Made by a program: the position numbers and the translations under genes. A stretch of DNA of 64,000 nucleotides from a virus. Lineage: Duplodnaviria > Heunggongvirae > Uroviricota > Caudoviricetes. Position 1 is the stretch's first letter, and each line of letters starts with the position of its first letter. Below the pieces are notes generated by a model that was not told the origin of the DNA, did not search any database, and was given only the letters and a program-made list of their open reading frames with translations. Below, piece after piece: positions 31,076-39,314 of the stretch. The DNA is taken from the IMG/VR virus record IMGVR_UViG_3300045988_141797. One strand, written 5' to 3'.

Positions 31076-31378
31076 ATGAGCAAAAAGATTAACATAAAGA
31101 ATTTCAGGGATGAGTGGCTTGATGATTTTTTTGAATTTTCAATACCACACAAAAAGATACCTTCTGATATTCAGATTACATTGTTGCGGAAGCTGGATAT
31201 TATCAATGCTGCAACTACTTGGAAGGACTTGAGATCACCACCAGGTAATCGGTATGAGGAATTGTCAGGGAAGCTAAACGGCTATTCATCAATAAGGGTG
31301 AATAAGCAATACAGGTTAATTTTTAAGTGGGTTAACGGAAAGGCCGAGGACTTGTATCTCGACCCTCACAAATACTAA
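31076..31378 (+). CDS. higB: HigB-family toxin (RelE/ParE superfamily)
   Basis: 100 aa; toxin-first order; C-terminal block QYRLIFKWVNGKAEDLYLDPHKY typical of HigB toxins. Confidence 0.75.
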   Translation: MSKKINIKNFRDEWLDDFFEFSIPHKKIPSDIQITLLRKLDIINAATTWKDLRSPPGNRYEELSGKLNGYSSIRVNKQYRLIFKWVNGKAEDLYLDPHKY

Positions 31379-31449
31379 AACAAATACCCGGCGGATGGAC
31401 CGGGTACTGACCAGAGTCCACTTAATACGCACGCTAGTAAGGGCAAAAA

Positions 31450-31788
31450 ATGAAACAGGCAACCAGAAAACCGACGACTGTAGGTGATATCCTGCTGTAC
31501 GAATACCTGGAGCCGTTAGAGCTTAAGATCAACGAGTTAGCAGAAATACTTCATGTTCATCGTAACACCGTAAGTGCTCTTGTTAATAATAATCGTAAGC
31601 TAACGATGGATATGGCATATCGCCTGGCAAAAGCATTCGATACTTCTGTAGATTTTTGGATTAATCTTCAGACCGCAGTAGACCTGTGGGAAGTCGAAAA
31701 TGATATGCGCGTTCAGGAAGAGTTAAGTCGTATCAATACTGCTGAAAAATTTATTTCTCAGCGGAACCTGAATAAAAAAGCAGCCTGA
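31450..31788 (+). CDS. higA: HigA-family HTH antitoxin
   Basis: HTH (INELAEILHVHRNTVSALVNN), 112 aa, directly downstream of higB. Confidence 0.7.
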   Translation: MKQATRKPTTVGDILLYEYLEPLELKINELAEILHVHRNTVSALVNNNRKLTMDMAYRLAKAFDTSVDFWINLQTAVDLWEVENDMRVQEELSRINTAEKFISQRNLNKKAA

Positions 31789-31808
31789 TATAGTAAAACA
31801 CATACAAA

Positions 31809-31835
31809 AAGCCCACTTAACAAGTGGGCTTTCCT
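31809..31835 (+). terminator. intrinsic terminator after higBA
   Basis: perfect hairpin GCCCACTT-AACA-AGTGGGC followed by TTTCCTTT. Confidence 0.55.
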
Positions 31836-31844
31836 TTGGAATTA

Positions 31845-32204
31845 ATGAACATTAAACCTATCCGTACAGAACAAGATTATGAGGCCGCACTGCGTGCGGT
31901 CGAACCGATGTTCGATAACGAACCGGAAATGAACACCCCGGAAGGTGATTTCTTTGAGGTCATGTGTCTTCTCATTGAGGAGTACGAGAAAAAACATTAC
32001 CCAATTGAGCCACCATCACCTATTGAGGCCATTAAATTCCGTATGGAACAGCAAGGGCTGACCGTGAAGGATCTGGAACCGGCGATTGGTAAGTCAAATC
32101 GTGTTTACGAAGTGCTAAATGGAACACGAAATTTAACGTTACCTATGATTCGTCGTTTACATTCCCAGTTTGGCATTCCTCTTGAAAGCCTGGTTGGTGT
32201 ATGA
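31845..32204 (+). CDS. second HTH antitoxin-like protein (E. coli HigA/YgjM-type), no cognate toxin adjacent
   Basis: domain layout and C-terminal HTH (KSNRVYEVLNGTRNLTLPMIRRLHSQFGIPLESL) resemble chromosomal HigA as I recall it; ATG at 31845 follows the terminator. Confidence 0.55.
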   Translation: MNIKPIRTEQDYEAALRAVEPMFDNEPEMNTPEGDFFEVMCLLIEEYEKKHYPIEPPSPIEAIKFRMEQQGLTVKDLEPAIGKSNRVYEVLNGTRNLTLPMIRRLHSQFGIPLESLVGV

Positions 32205-32238
32205 GTTCGGCGGTCTGTATGACCGCCTTTGTTGTCAA

Positions 32239-33435
32239 TCAAGAACCTTTCTTCACGTACTCCATAAACATTTTTTCAGCTTGCCCAGGTGACGTTCCTG
32301 CCATGACCAGCGCATCAATGAACGCCTGCTTCTTCAGTGCGAACTGATCGGCAAGGCGTTGCTGAAGCTCCTTGTTTTTCTGTTTCTCACGTTGCAAGGC
32401 CGCTTCTTTTGCTGCCGCTCGTTTTTTCTGTGCGTCTGACAACTTTCTGGCCCTGGTCAGTTGGTCACGTAGCTTGTCGATCTTGCCGTTGTCCTTCGCC
32501 AGTTTTGTACTTAAAGCTGCCTGGCGCTTCTGATAGAGCCTCCATTCGCGTTTGGCGGCTTCAACGTTCGTTTTACTGCTACGATTGCGATTAAACTCCT
32601 TCTCGTCTTCTTTTGAGAAGTGTTTGGTTGTACGGCGGCGATCGTCACCAAATGCAATTTGCGTTGCAGCCTTTTGTAGCGCACGAGCAATACTCATCTG
32701 CCAACTGGCAGACTGTAGTCGTGTCATTGAGTGGATCACATGTTTACAGGCGACGCCTTGCAGCTTAGGGTTGCGAACTTTTGGATAGGCGTATTCTTTT
32801 GGCGGGGCCAGGGCAAAGTTACCCGCAGTGGCGATGTAGCGATACCAGTATTGATGGCGACCGCAGTCACAGTCGAAAGACACTCGCCCGGCACACAGTG
32901 ATTTTGTGACTTTCAGGGCTGATTTATCGTCTTCTGCGATGTCATCGACCATCTGATCCCATTCTTCAAAACGTACCCGGACAATGTGGTGCTGGTGAAC
33001 GGATATATCGGACGCTTCCACGCGGATATTAATCACATTGTGACGAAGAGATACGGGCGTAGCTCTTTTGATACCAGAACCGTCGTCTACGGCGTTATTT
33101 GCTCGCTTAATATCGATAGCCTGGCTGGACGCTACCAGTTGTGCGTATGTGATGCCAGCCGTCTTGCTGTCATATTTTTCGCGTGCTTTGCTTCGCAGCT
33201 TTTCGAAGCCTTTCAGATCGTCACGCGTAAAGAACGTGCCGCCTTTCTTTTTCCCCAGCTTAAGAATGTCTTCAGCTGATTTATTCCTAAGCCTGCCCGG
33301 CGTGAGTGTCCTGTGCGCCTGGCGGCGTTTGCGGTTTTGCTCTTTCCTGATGAGTTCAAATACGCGTGTGAAATCCTTAGAGGACAGGCCGTCAGTGATA
33401 TATCGCCCGTCCTGATTTTTCAGGAAGTCAGGCAT
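32239..33435 (-). CDS. SWIM-type zinc-finger protein with K/R/Q-rich coiled-coil tail
   Basis: CxC...CxH signature (SFDCDCGRHQ ... GVACKHVIH); C-terminal 100 aa is charged coiled coil. Confidence 0.45.
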   Translation of the reverse strand: MPDFLKNQDGRYITDGLSSKDFTRVFELIRKEQNRKRRQAHRTLTPGRLRNKSAEDILKLGKKKGGTFFTRDDLKGFEKLRSKAREKYDSKTAGITYAQLVASSQAIDIKRANNAVDDGSGIKRATPVSLRHNVINIRVEASDISVHQHHIVRVRFEEWDQMVDDIAEDDKSALKVTKSLCAGRVSFDCDCGRHQYWYRYIATAGNFALAPPKEYAYPKVRNPKLQGVACKHVIHSMTRLQSASWQMSIARALQKAATQIAFGDDRRRTTKHFSKEDEKEFNRNRSSKTNVEAAKREWRLYQKRQAALSTKLAKDNGKIDKLRDQLTRARKLSDAQKKRAAAKEAALQREKQKNKELQQRLADQFALKKQAFIDALVMAGTSPGQAEKMFMEYVKKGS

Positions 33436-33757
33436 TTTCTATCTCCGGTGCCGAGCCAGCGTAATCGCGAATCTTGTTTCTTAGCCATGCTGCGTCAGGA
33501 AGAGTTAACGTTGTCCCGACCGGCATTTCTTCCATTTCTGACTCATGGCCCACCAGCACGCGAAATACCCAGCGCAAATCAGCGTTGCCATAGGCGCGAT
33601 AGGCCGCCAGGTCTGAGCGATAAACCTCATCAATTTTTATCGTGTACTGGAAATTATCGGAGTGATACTCCGATACCCGCTTGATCATCTCCTGATGGAA
33701 TAGTGCGCGCAGCACATCGTCTTCAATGCATCGATCGTCGAGCCTGCTGTAACTCAT
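33428..33757 (-). CDS. hypothetical protein, overlap-coupled to SWIM gene
   Basis: 109-aa ORF with 8-nt overlap. Confidence 0.35.
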   Translation of the reverse strand: MSYSRLDDRCIEDDVLRALFHQEMIKRVSEYHSDNFQYTIKIDEVYRSDLAAYRAYGNADLRWVFRVLVGHESEMEEMPVGTTLTLPDAAWLRNKIRDYAGSAPEIENA

Positions 33758-33953
33758 AACAGTTCCTCACAGTCATAACCTGGGGGGAACTGTATGCAGG
33801 GTGTGAAATGCGAGAAACAGACAGTCCACCAGTTCAGGGGGATGTGGTTCATAAATCCCCTCACTGGTGACAAGTGACTTTCATTAATCTTTATGCGGGG
33901 GCCAGCTTCATTGTTTGCTGGCTGTAGATTAAAAATTAAATAGTGTGAATGAC

Positions 33954-34088
33954 ATGGACGTTATTCTCGAATTGTTAAAGCTAATTGTTCTGTTTATGAA
34001 CGCCTCGTTGACCACGCAAATACTGGCGTTAGTATTTTTGTTACTCTTCTACCTGGTATTAAGGGAGTTAACAAAGCTACTGAGTTGA
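33954..34088 (+). CDS. candidate small hydrophobic peptide (44 aa)
   Basis: manual translation MDVILELLKLIVLFMNASLTTQILALVFLLLFYLVLRELTKLLS; below ORF-track cutoff; weak RBS. Confidence 0.2.
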   Translation: MDVILELLKLIVLFMNASLTTQILALVFLLLFYLVLRELTKLLS

Positions 34089-34742
34089 TTAAAGTATCAC
34101 CGTATCTTCATCAATTACTTGCCCGGCCAGCGATTTTGGTTGGGTATTTCCTGCTTTAGCTTTTTGATCGCTGATAATGGACAGGAACGAGGCCATTATC
34201 CCTGCTTTGTTTTCTTTCTCTACCGCTCCTGTCATTTGTTTCAGGTAATCCGCGCTGGCAACATTGTGGTATACCGTTGCATAGCAGCACAGAATCATCA
34301 GGATGTGCTCTGGTCGGATATCTTGCCAGTTAACTCGATAAACCTCTTCACCGTTGCCGTTGTATTCGGTATCGACGATAGAGTCGGGGATCTCAAATGC
34401 CCCTTTGTTCTTGTCAGGCAGGGATAGCAGCCTTTGTAGTTTCAGCTCCCGGTATCTCTCCATGCCGACAATGATCGCTGCTCTGCCGTCGGCGTGCCGT
34501 GTTTTTAATGTTACCTGGCTGGCACCTGTACCGGCTGAAATGGTTGGCGTGATTTCGTCAACCAGCACCTTAAATTCACTTTTACGCAGCTCGGCAATTG
34601 CTGGTGGAATTTTTCGTTTTTGTTCAATAGCAGATGCAGGGAGCGGCTTTACTTTGTCAATTACAAGCGCGCCGTCTTTCAGGACTGCCGTAGCCATCAG
34701 CGGCTTGTTAGTAGAAAGACTGAATATTGCGATCTTTTGCAT
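34089..34742 (-). CDS. hypothetical protein
   Basis: 217-aa ORF. Confidence 0.35.
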   Translation of the reverse strand: MQKIAIFSLSTNKPLMATAVLKDGALVIDKVKPLPASAIEQKRKIPPAIAELRKSEFKVLVDEITPTISAGTGASQVTLKTRHADGRAAIIVGMERYRELKLQRLLSLPDKNKGAFEIPDSIVDTEYNGNGEEVYRVNWQDIRPEHILMILCCYATVYHNVASADYLKQMTGAVEKENKAGIMASFLSIISDQKAKAGNTQPKSLAGQVIDEDTVIL

Positions 34743-35007
34743 GGCTTTTACTCCACGATAGCAGGCACAAAAAAAGGCCGCACATGGCGGCCTGCTTTGG
34801 CGTTATGACTCCCTACCGCGCATCGGCTGAAAGTTAGTCGTCAAAAGAACCTTCAACGGGAGCCGTTTGCGCAATGGATTTTGTCCAGATTGTGATTTCC
34901 AGAATAGTGTCAACAATTTTTTTGAATTTTTTATTCGCGCTGAATTTGGCCTAAGTCATTTTGGCGTAGATGTTTGTTTTTGTAACATAAAACTTCAGTT
35001 TGTTTAC

Positions 35008-35637
35008 ATGAAGGATGGTTTTGTGAAGTTAAGGGTTTTGGGAGCAGTGCTCGCGGTTATATTGGGGGGAGTTTCTCTTAATGCTGCCTATGCAGGCGCG
35101 TTACCTGCAAAGTATGAGGCTGGGCTGAAGGTGTTGCGAAACGCCAAAACAAACTATACGCCTGATGAAGTTTCAAACTATTGCCAGAAAGAAAATATCC
35201 CGCTGAAACCTGTAGAGCCATTCTTTAAAAGCAACATTGAGTTCTGTGTATTTGCATATGCAGCAGATGAAACAGGCAAAGCCATACAAAAGACAGGGTA
35301 TTCCACCAAAGACACAATGTCGGTGTTAAGTAACGGCGTGTTGCAGTTTGAGCTTTATCGTCAGCAAGGAATGGGAGATCTATTGCAGCCTTTGTATATG
35401 CTGGCTTGGGTGCCTGAAGGGCAGCAGTTTCTTATCCGGAAAGGGATGCTTCGGCAAAGTGATGTGGCAGGATTCAATAACATGATGGAACTTGAACGAT
35501 CCGCGAAGCAAAAACAAGCACCTAAGCAACCTACAGCGGAATGCATTCGTAGTGAGATCCAAAAGATATTAAGTGAGCAGCCTTACATTGATCGTGGGGT
35601 AGCCGAAGTCGCTGCAAAAATGAATTGTACTAATTAA
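35008..35637 (+). CDS. secreted/periplasmic protein, hypothetical
   Basis: signal peptide MKDGFVKLRVLGAVLAVILGGVSLNAAYA; ORF-track N-terminal extension rejected. Confidence 0.45.
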   Translation: MKDGFVKLRVLGAVLAVILGGVSLNAAYAGALPAKYEAGLKVLRNAKTNYTPDEVSNYCQKENIPLKPVEPFFKSNIEFCVFAYAADETGKAIQKTGYSTKDTMSVLSNGVLQFELYRQQGMGDLLQPLYMLAWVPEGQQFLIRKGMLRQSDVAGFNNMMELERSAKQKQAPKQPTAECIRSEIQKILSEQPYIDRGVAEVAAKMNCTN

Positions 35638-35680
35638 CCTCAAATTGGATGAAAAGACAACAATGTATGGAGTTAATGAA

Positions 35681-36124
35681 ATGATACGCATAAAAAAAGA
35701 GAAACCATTTTCTTCAACAAAGACATCAAACTTGAATAAGCTGGCTATAGCGGCATTAATGTTTTTTCCTTTGATTGCTAATGCTGGGAATTTGCAGGTA
35801 AAGTGCGGTAGGTTTGATATAAAAATCTATCCGAACGCCATATTTCTGAATGGGAATAAGGTTGATAACGCGCACCGGAAAACTGAATCTGACGTAATGA
35901 GCTATGTGTTCCAGGAGTATGCCGAGATGGGGGGAACTTACACGTTGTACTCGCTGGATGTTCCTTCTCGCGGTGATATGACGTTATCTCATCAATGGCA
36001 GAACGCCGATGGCGAAGCTCTGCGCGAGGTTAAAACAGAAAAATGTGGCACTTTCCATTCTTTTAAAGGGAAAGCGCCCAATGTTAAATCTACGCTTGAA
36101 AAACAGCGTGCTGGTGAGCTTTAA
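35681..36124 (+). CDS. secreted protein, hypothetical
   Basis: signal peptide ...LAIAALMFFPLIANA; ATG 35681 has GGAG RBS. Confidence 0.4.
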   Translation: MIRIKKEKPFSSTKTSNLNKLAIAALMFFPLIANAGNLQVKCGRFDIKIYPNAIFLNGNKVDNAHRKTESDVMSYVFQEYAEMGGTYTLYSLDVPSRGDMTLSHQWQNADGEALREVKTEKCGTFHSFKGKAPNVKSTLEKQRAGEL

Positions 36125-36459
36125 GCCCCTTTAATCACGGAGATTTCGTTTCCCGCACGATAGCGGCGGGGAACGGAACTCTCCATCAGGTCACGAATTA
36201 CTCCCGCTTCACGCAGTTCCTCTGTCTCCCAGTATCTGTTTGTCACCAGGTCAAGGCTGGCAATGACTTTATGCCGGTCATTCGGCATTGCTTCTTTTTT
36301 AGCCATTATCATCAGTGAGAACTCTTCATCCAGTAGAATTTGATACCAGACTTTTGACAGTTCCAACTCTCTAATGAGGGTGAAGCGCCGCTCAATTGTG
36401 GCGGAAGAATAAGTGAAATCAATTTTTTTCGTGGCATACATTTTGCTGTGTCCGGTCAC
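36121..36459 (-). CDS. hypothetical protein
   Basis: 112-aa ORF downstream of antirepressor-like gene. Confidence 0.3.
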   Translation of the reverse strand: MTGHSKMYATKKIDFTYSSATIERRFTLIRELELSKVWYQILLDEEFSLMIMAKKEAMPNDRHKVIASLDLVTNRYWETEELREAGVIRDLMESSVPRRYRAGNEISVIKGA

Positions 36460-36497
36460 TTAGTAGTTAAAGCCCCGGCATGACCGGGGCAAATCTA

Positions 36498-37439
36498 TTA
36501 ACTAACAATCCAGTCGGTCGCTGCTACATCTTCTGGCTGTAAATCAATCGCACAGATCTTGCCGTCGCGAATGGTGCGCCAGTTTTTCCGTGAGCCTCTT
36601 TCGGGCCATACCCAGACACTTTCAGGCCAGGATGCTCGACGGCATACGGTTGCATACCCTGTTTTAATCTTCTCTCTGGCGGTATGCAACGACAGGTTTG
36701 CCTTTGGACTTTCAGGCACAGGATGGTGAATGGCCTGAAATAGCCCCATCCTGGGATGATACCAGCGTTTGTTACGTGGTTCTGCCTCCGACATAACCTG
36801 CTTAAAGGCTTTCCGGAAGGGGGCCAGGGCCACAATGGAGCGTCGCGCAAGCAAACCGTCGGGAGTTAAAAACTCATGCGTATCAGTGGGTATCCGGTAA
36901 GCGTTGACCAGGTTGCGGCATTTGGCTTCAGTCAGGCCGCATTTTGCCGCCAACTGGCGATAGCCAATGTAGCCTTCTGGAATATTGCCTTTCTTGATCT
37001 GCTCAAGTGTTTCGGTGACCCTGGACACTTGTGCCGATACCTCGGCTACCTGGGCATTTACGGCGTTGATCCTGCGTTCATGCTCAAGATGCATTTGCGC
37101 CATTTCAGCCAGGATTTCGGCTTTTGATTTTAACGGTCCCCTGACATTCTCCAGTTCGCGCCAGCGGTCCACCAGCCGGGCGGTGAATTCCGGAGAGAGC
37201 TGCGCGACGACGATAATACTATCGCGCTTGCCTTGTTCGCCTTCGAAGAAATAGGCTTTTGTGTATTTATTAGGGCTAAGTGATTGATTATTCTCAACTG
37301 TAGCCAATGGCGTATGTTGGATAACTCCTTTAGCAACAAGTCTTTCGATGCTGCGTTTAACATCAGAGTGACGACTTCCCACCAGTTCCGCGATCTCAAT
37401 GCTGGTCATTGTCGCTTTTTGAGAGATGGACAGATTCAT
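36498..37439 (-). CDS. Rha-family phage regulatory protein (antirepressor-like)
   Basis: N-terminus MTSIEIAELVGSRHSDVKRSIERL typical of the Rha family; start overlaps stop of the upstream small ORF (TGATG). Confidence 0.55.
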   Translation of the reverse strand: MNLSISQKATMTSIEIAELVGSRHSDVKRSIERLVAKGVIQHTPLATVENNQSLSPNKYTKAYFFEGEQGKRDSIIVVAQLSPEFTARLVDRWRELENVRGPLKSKAEILAEMAQMHLEHERRINAVNAQVAEVSAQVSRVTETLEQIKKGNIPEGYIGYRQLAAKCGLTEAKCRNLVNAYRIPTDTHEFLTPDGLLARRSIVALAPFRKAFKQVMSEAEPRNKRWYHPRMGLFQAIHHPVPESPKANLSLHTAREKIKTGYATVCRRASWPESVWVWPERGSRKNWRTIRDGKICAIDLQPEDVAATDWIVS

Positions 37440-37654
37440 CAGTGCACCTCCACGCAGTTCATCGGCAGATTCCAGTAATTGAGGATCTCCATCGCATCAA
37501 GAGTGAAGCGAGCAGCAAAAATACAGGGTTCTTCGGGAAGGTATGAGCGCGCCTCTGCTTCGGTAGCAGCCATTACGCAGATATAGAGGTGTTTTTGGCA
37601 GGAATAGAAACGCCAGATAAATTCAGAATGAGTTGGGGTAGGGATAGTAGCCAT
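37439..37654 (-). CDS. small leader ORF translationally coupled to antirepressor (icd-like position)
   Basis: 71 aa, strong RBS AAGGAGG, stop overlaps antirepressor start. Confidence 0.4.
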   Translation of the reverse strand: MATIPTPTHSEFIWRFYSCQKHLYICVMAATEAEARSYLPEEPCIFAARFTLDAMEILNYWNLPMNCVEVH

Positions 37655-37699
37655 ATTGGCAGCCTCCTTTTGCTAATTTAAGGAGCTACCGCGTGAGGT

Positions 37700-37800
37700 T
37701 CCAATCTCAATGGCGGTAGCACTGACTGGGTTGGAACTACCGGCGCAAAAGGGAACCGGCCTGCCTTTCGGCAGCCCAGCCAGCACTACCATTGATCTCT
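37700..37800 (-). ncRNA. candidate structured regulatory RNA / leader
   Basis: minus-strand 16-bp helix between 37775-37790 and 37715-37730 with three G-U wobbles (would be C-A mismatches on the plus strand), extended by CAATGG/CCATTG, enclosing hairpin CTGCC-GAAA-GGCAG. Confidence 0.4.
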
Positions 37801-37837
37801 GAGCTAAACGCTACGCATGGCTGTGCGATGGCATGAC

Positions 37838-37862
37838 ACAAAAAAAGACGCTTTCGGCGTCT
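37838..37862 (-). terminator. intrinsic terminator (minus strand)
   Basis: hairpin GACGC-CGAAA-GCGTC followed by T7 run on the minus strand. Confidence 0.55.
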
Positions 37863-37957
37863 GTGTCGCCTTTTGCATTATCCGGGGTTCCAATCCCGGC
37901 ACCCGTTTTTCTAAGGTGCCGTAGAAATATACCCCACGATAATGCCAGGGCGCAACT

Positions 37958-38125
37958 GTGTGTTTTCTTATGCTTTTCTTTTCTTCTTTTGGGCTTGCTT
38001 GCAGGCGTAGGCCATTGCTTTAGCTTTCACTTCATCCAGCTTCCCGGTGATCACTTCTTTTCCGAGAGTGACAAACCAGTCATAGCAACCGCCAGTGATG
38101 TTCTGGATTTGAAAGTTGAGGTAGC
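37958..38125 (-). CDS. candidate small basic protein (55 aa)
   Basis: manual translation MTVRYLNFQIQNITGGCYDWFVTLGKEVITGKLDEVKAKAMAYACKQAQKKKRKA; below ORF-track cutoff. Confidence 0.3.
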
Positions 38126-38452
38126 GAACGGTCATTTTGACACCCCCAGCGCGAGTAAAGAATGCAGATTATCGCGTGAGTGGCGGACAACGAGTGATGG
38201 GAAAAGACAGTAGCTGTTCATAGTGTAGTGACTCCTTGCTTTCGGAGCCGCCATCGACTGTTCCACGGTCTGGTGGCGGCGCAATAAAGGCTGGAACACC
38301 GTGAGTCAACGGGGGCTTTTCAGCCACCTATATTGCACCGCCATTGGTATGGCGGCGGCAATCATACGAAAAACCAAACGGTTTGTCTCAAAAAGTTGAC
38401 CGGTGTACCAATCGGTTGTGAATGTACAACGGTGGATCTCACAATTCAACTT

Positions 38453-38481
38453 AAAATGTTAGAAAATTAATTTATTAATTC
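38453..38481. promoter_or_regulatory. operator site at head of the immunity-I-like operon
   Basis: AAAATGTTAGAAAATTAATTTATTAATTC. Confidence 0.5.
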
Positions 38482-39084
38482 AGTCACCATCTGATACAAC
38501 GTCATTTCATCAGCATTGTGCCGCCTGAAATCTGCTTTGCCGCCTATTTTTCCATCAGCATGAACAGGAACCAACCAGGGGTATTGCTCGCGGATCTCTG
38601 CTGGCGCTGCGTGTTGATGGTGCCATTTACACAAAGGGAGGACGTATTTATGCGCGTTCTCTGCTGTTCTCCCGAAGATGTGGTGCAGGGATACCACAGG
38701 GCTATGCTGTCCGTGCATATGGCAGGCAATGCAGGGGAGAGCACCGATGGCAGTTTGTATCCGGCGCTCATCTGCTGTGAGTGTTCTGCCTTTCAGGCCG
38801 CGTGACGCGCGAGTTTTTTTGACAGGAGCAGAAGCGGCCTTCTCTTTTCTTCGCTGTTCATATTGCTTCGCTTTTTCAATTTTCTTTTGCCGATATTCAG
38901 GCGATGCGGCTTTTTCTCGCGCACGCTGCTGCTGGCGTTGAGCTTGCTGAAGACGCTTTGCCCTTTGTTCCTCCCGCCATTTCGGATCAGCCAGTTTTTG
39001 CAGGGCTTTTTGTGTCTGTTTCTCCCAATAGCTTTGCTTCATAGAAATACCCGGTTTGTCTACATCGCCGCTATGGTTGATCAA
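38467..39084 (-). CDS. Ref-like HNH endonuclease with basic disordered N-terminus
   Basis: N-terminal 85 aa K/R/Q/E-rich; C-terminal Cys/His cluster LPCIACHMHGQH...LHHIFGR...LPLCKWHHQH; true start may be internal. Confidence 0.45.
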   Translation of the reverse strand: MINHSGDVDKPGISMKQSYWEKQTQKALQKLADPKWREEQRAKRLQQAQRQQQRAREKAASPEYRQKKIEKAKQYEQRRKEKAASAPVKKTRASRGLKGRTLTADERRIQTAIGALPCIACHMHGQHSPVVSLHHIFGRTAENAHKYVLPLCKWHHQHAAPAEIREQYPWLVPVHADGKIGGKADFRRHNADEMTLYQMVTELIN

Positions 39085-39086
39085 AT

Positions 39087-39120
39087 GTGTTAGAAAATCA
39101 AAATTGATTTTCTAACACAA
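39087..39120. promoter_or_regulatory. perfect palindromic operator between divergent operons
   Basis: TGTGTTAGAAAATCAAAATTGATTTTCTAACACA. Confidence 0.65.
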
Positions 39121-39314
39121 AATGAAGATACTTTTTTTCAGACGCTATATCAGGAGGTCATGATGCTTGTCGCAATAAGTGCAATCCACCAGCAATCCGG
39201 TACAGAAATTGGGTTGCTATATGCCCTGTTTTTCACTGTCCTGGCGTTGTTTGAGCTGGGCATTGAACTCTTTGCTCTCATCAACTTTTGCGTAACGTTC
39301 CTGGGGAAACTTTG

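Noticed and set aside
37833-38213. 126-aa plus-strand ORF in the immunity-like intergenic region
   Set aside because: No RBS and low-complexity composition; the region is better explained by a minus-strand small ORF with RBS, a minus-strand terminator and structured RNA.
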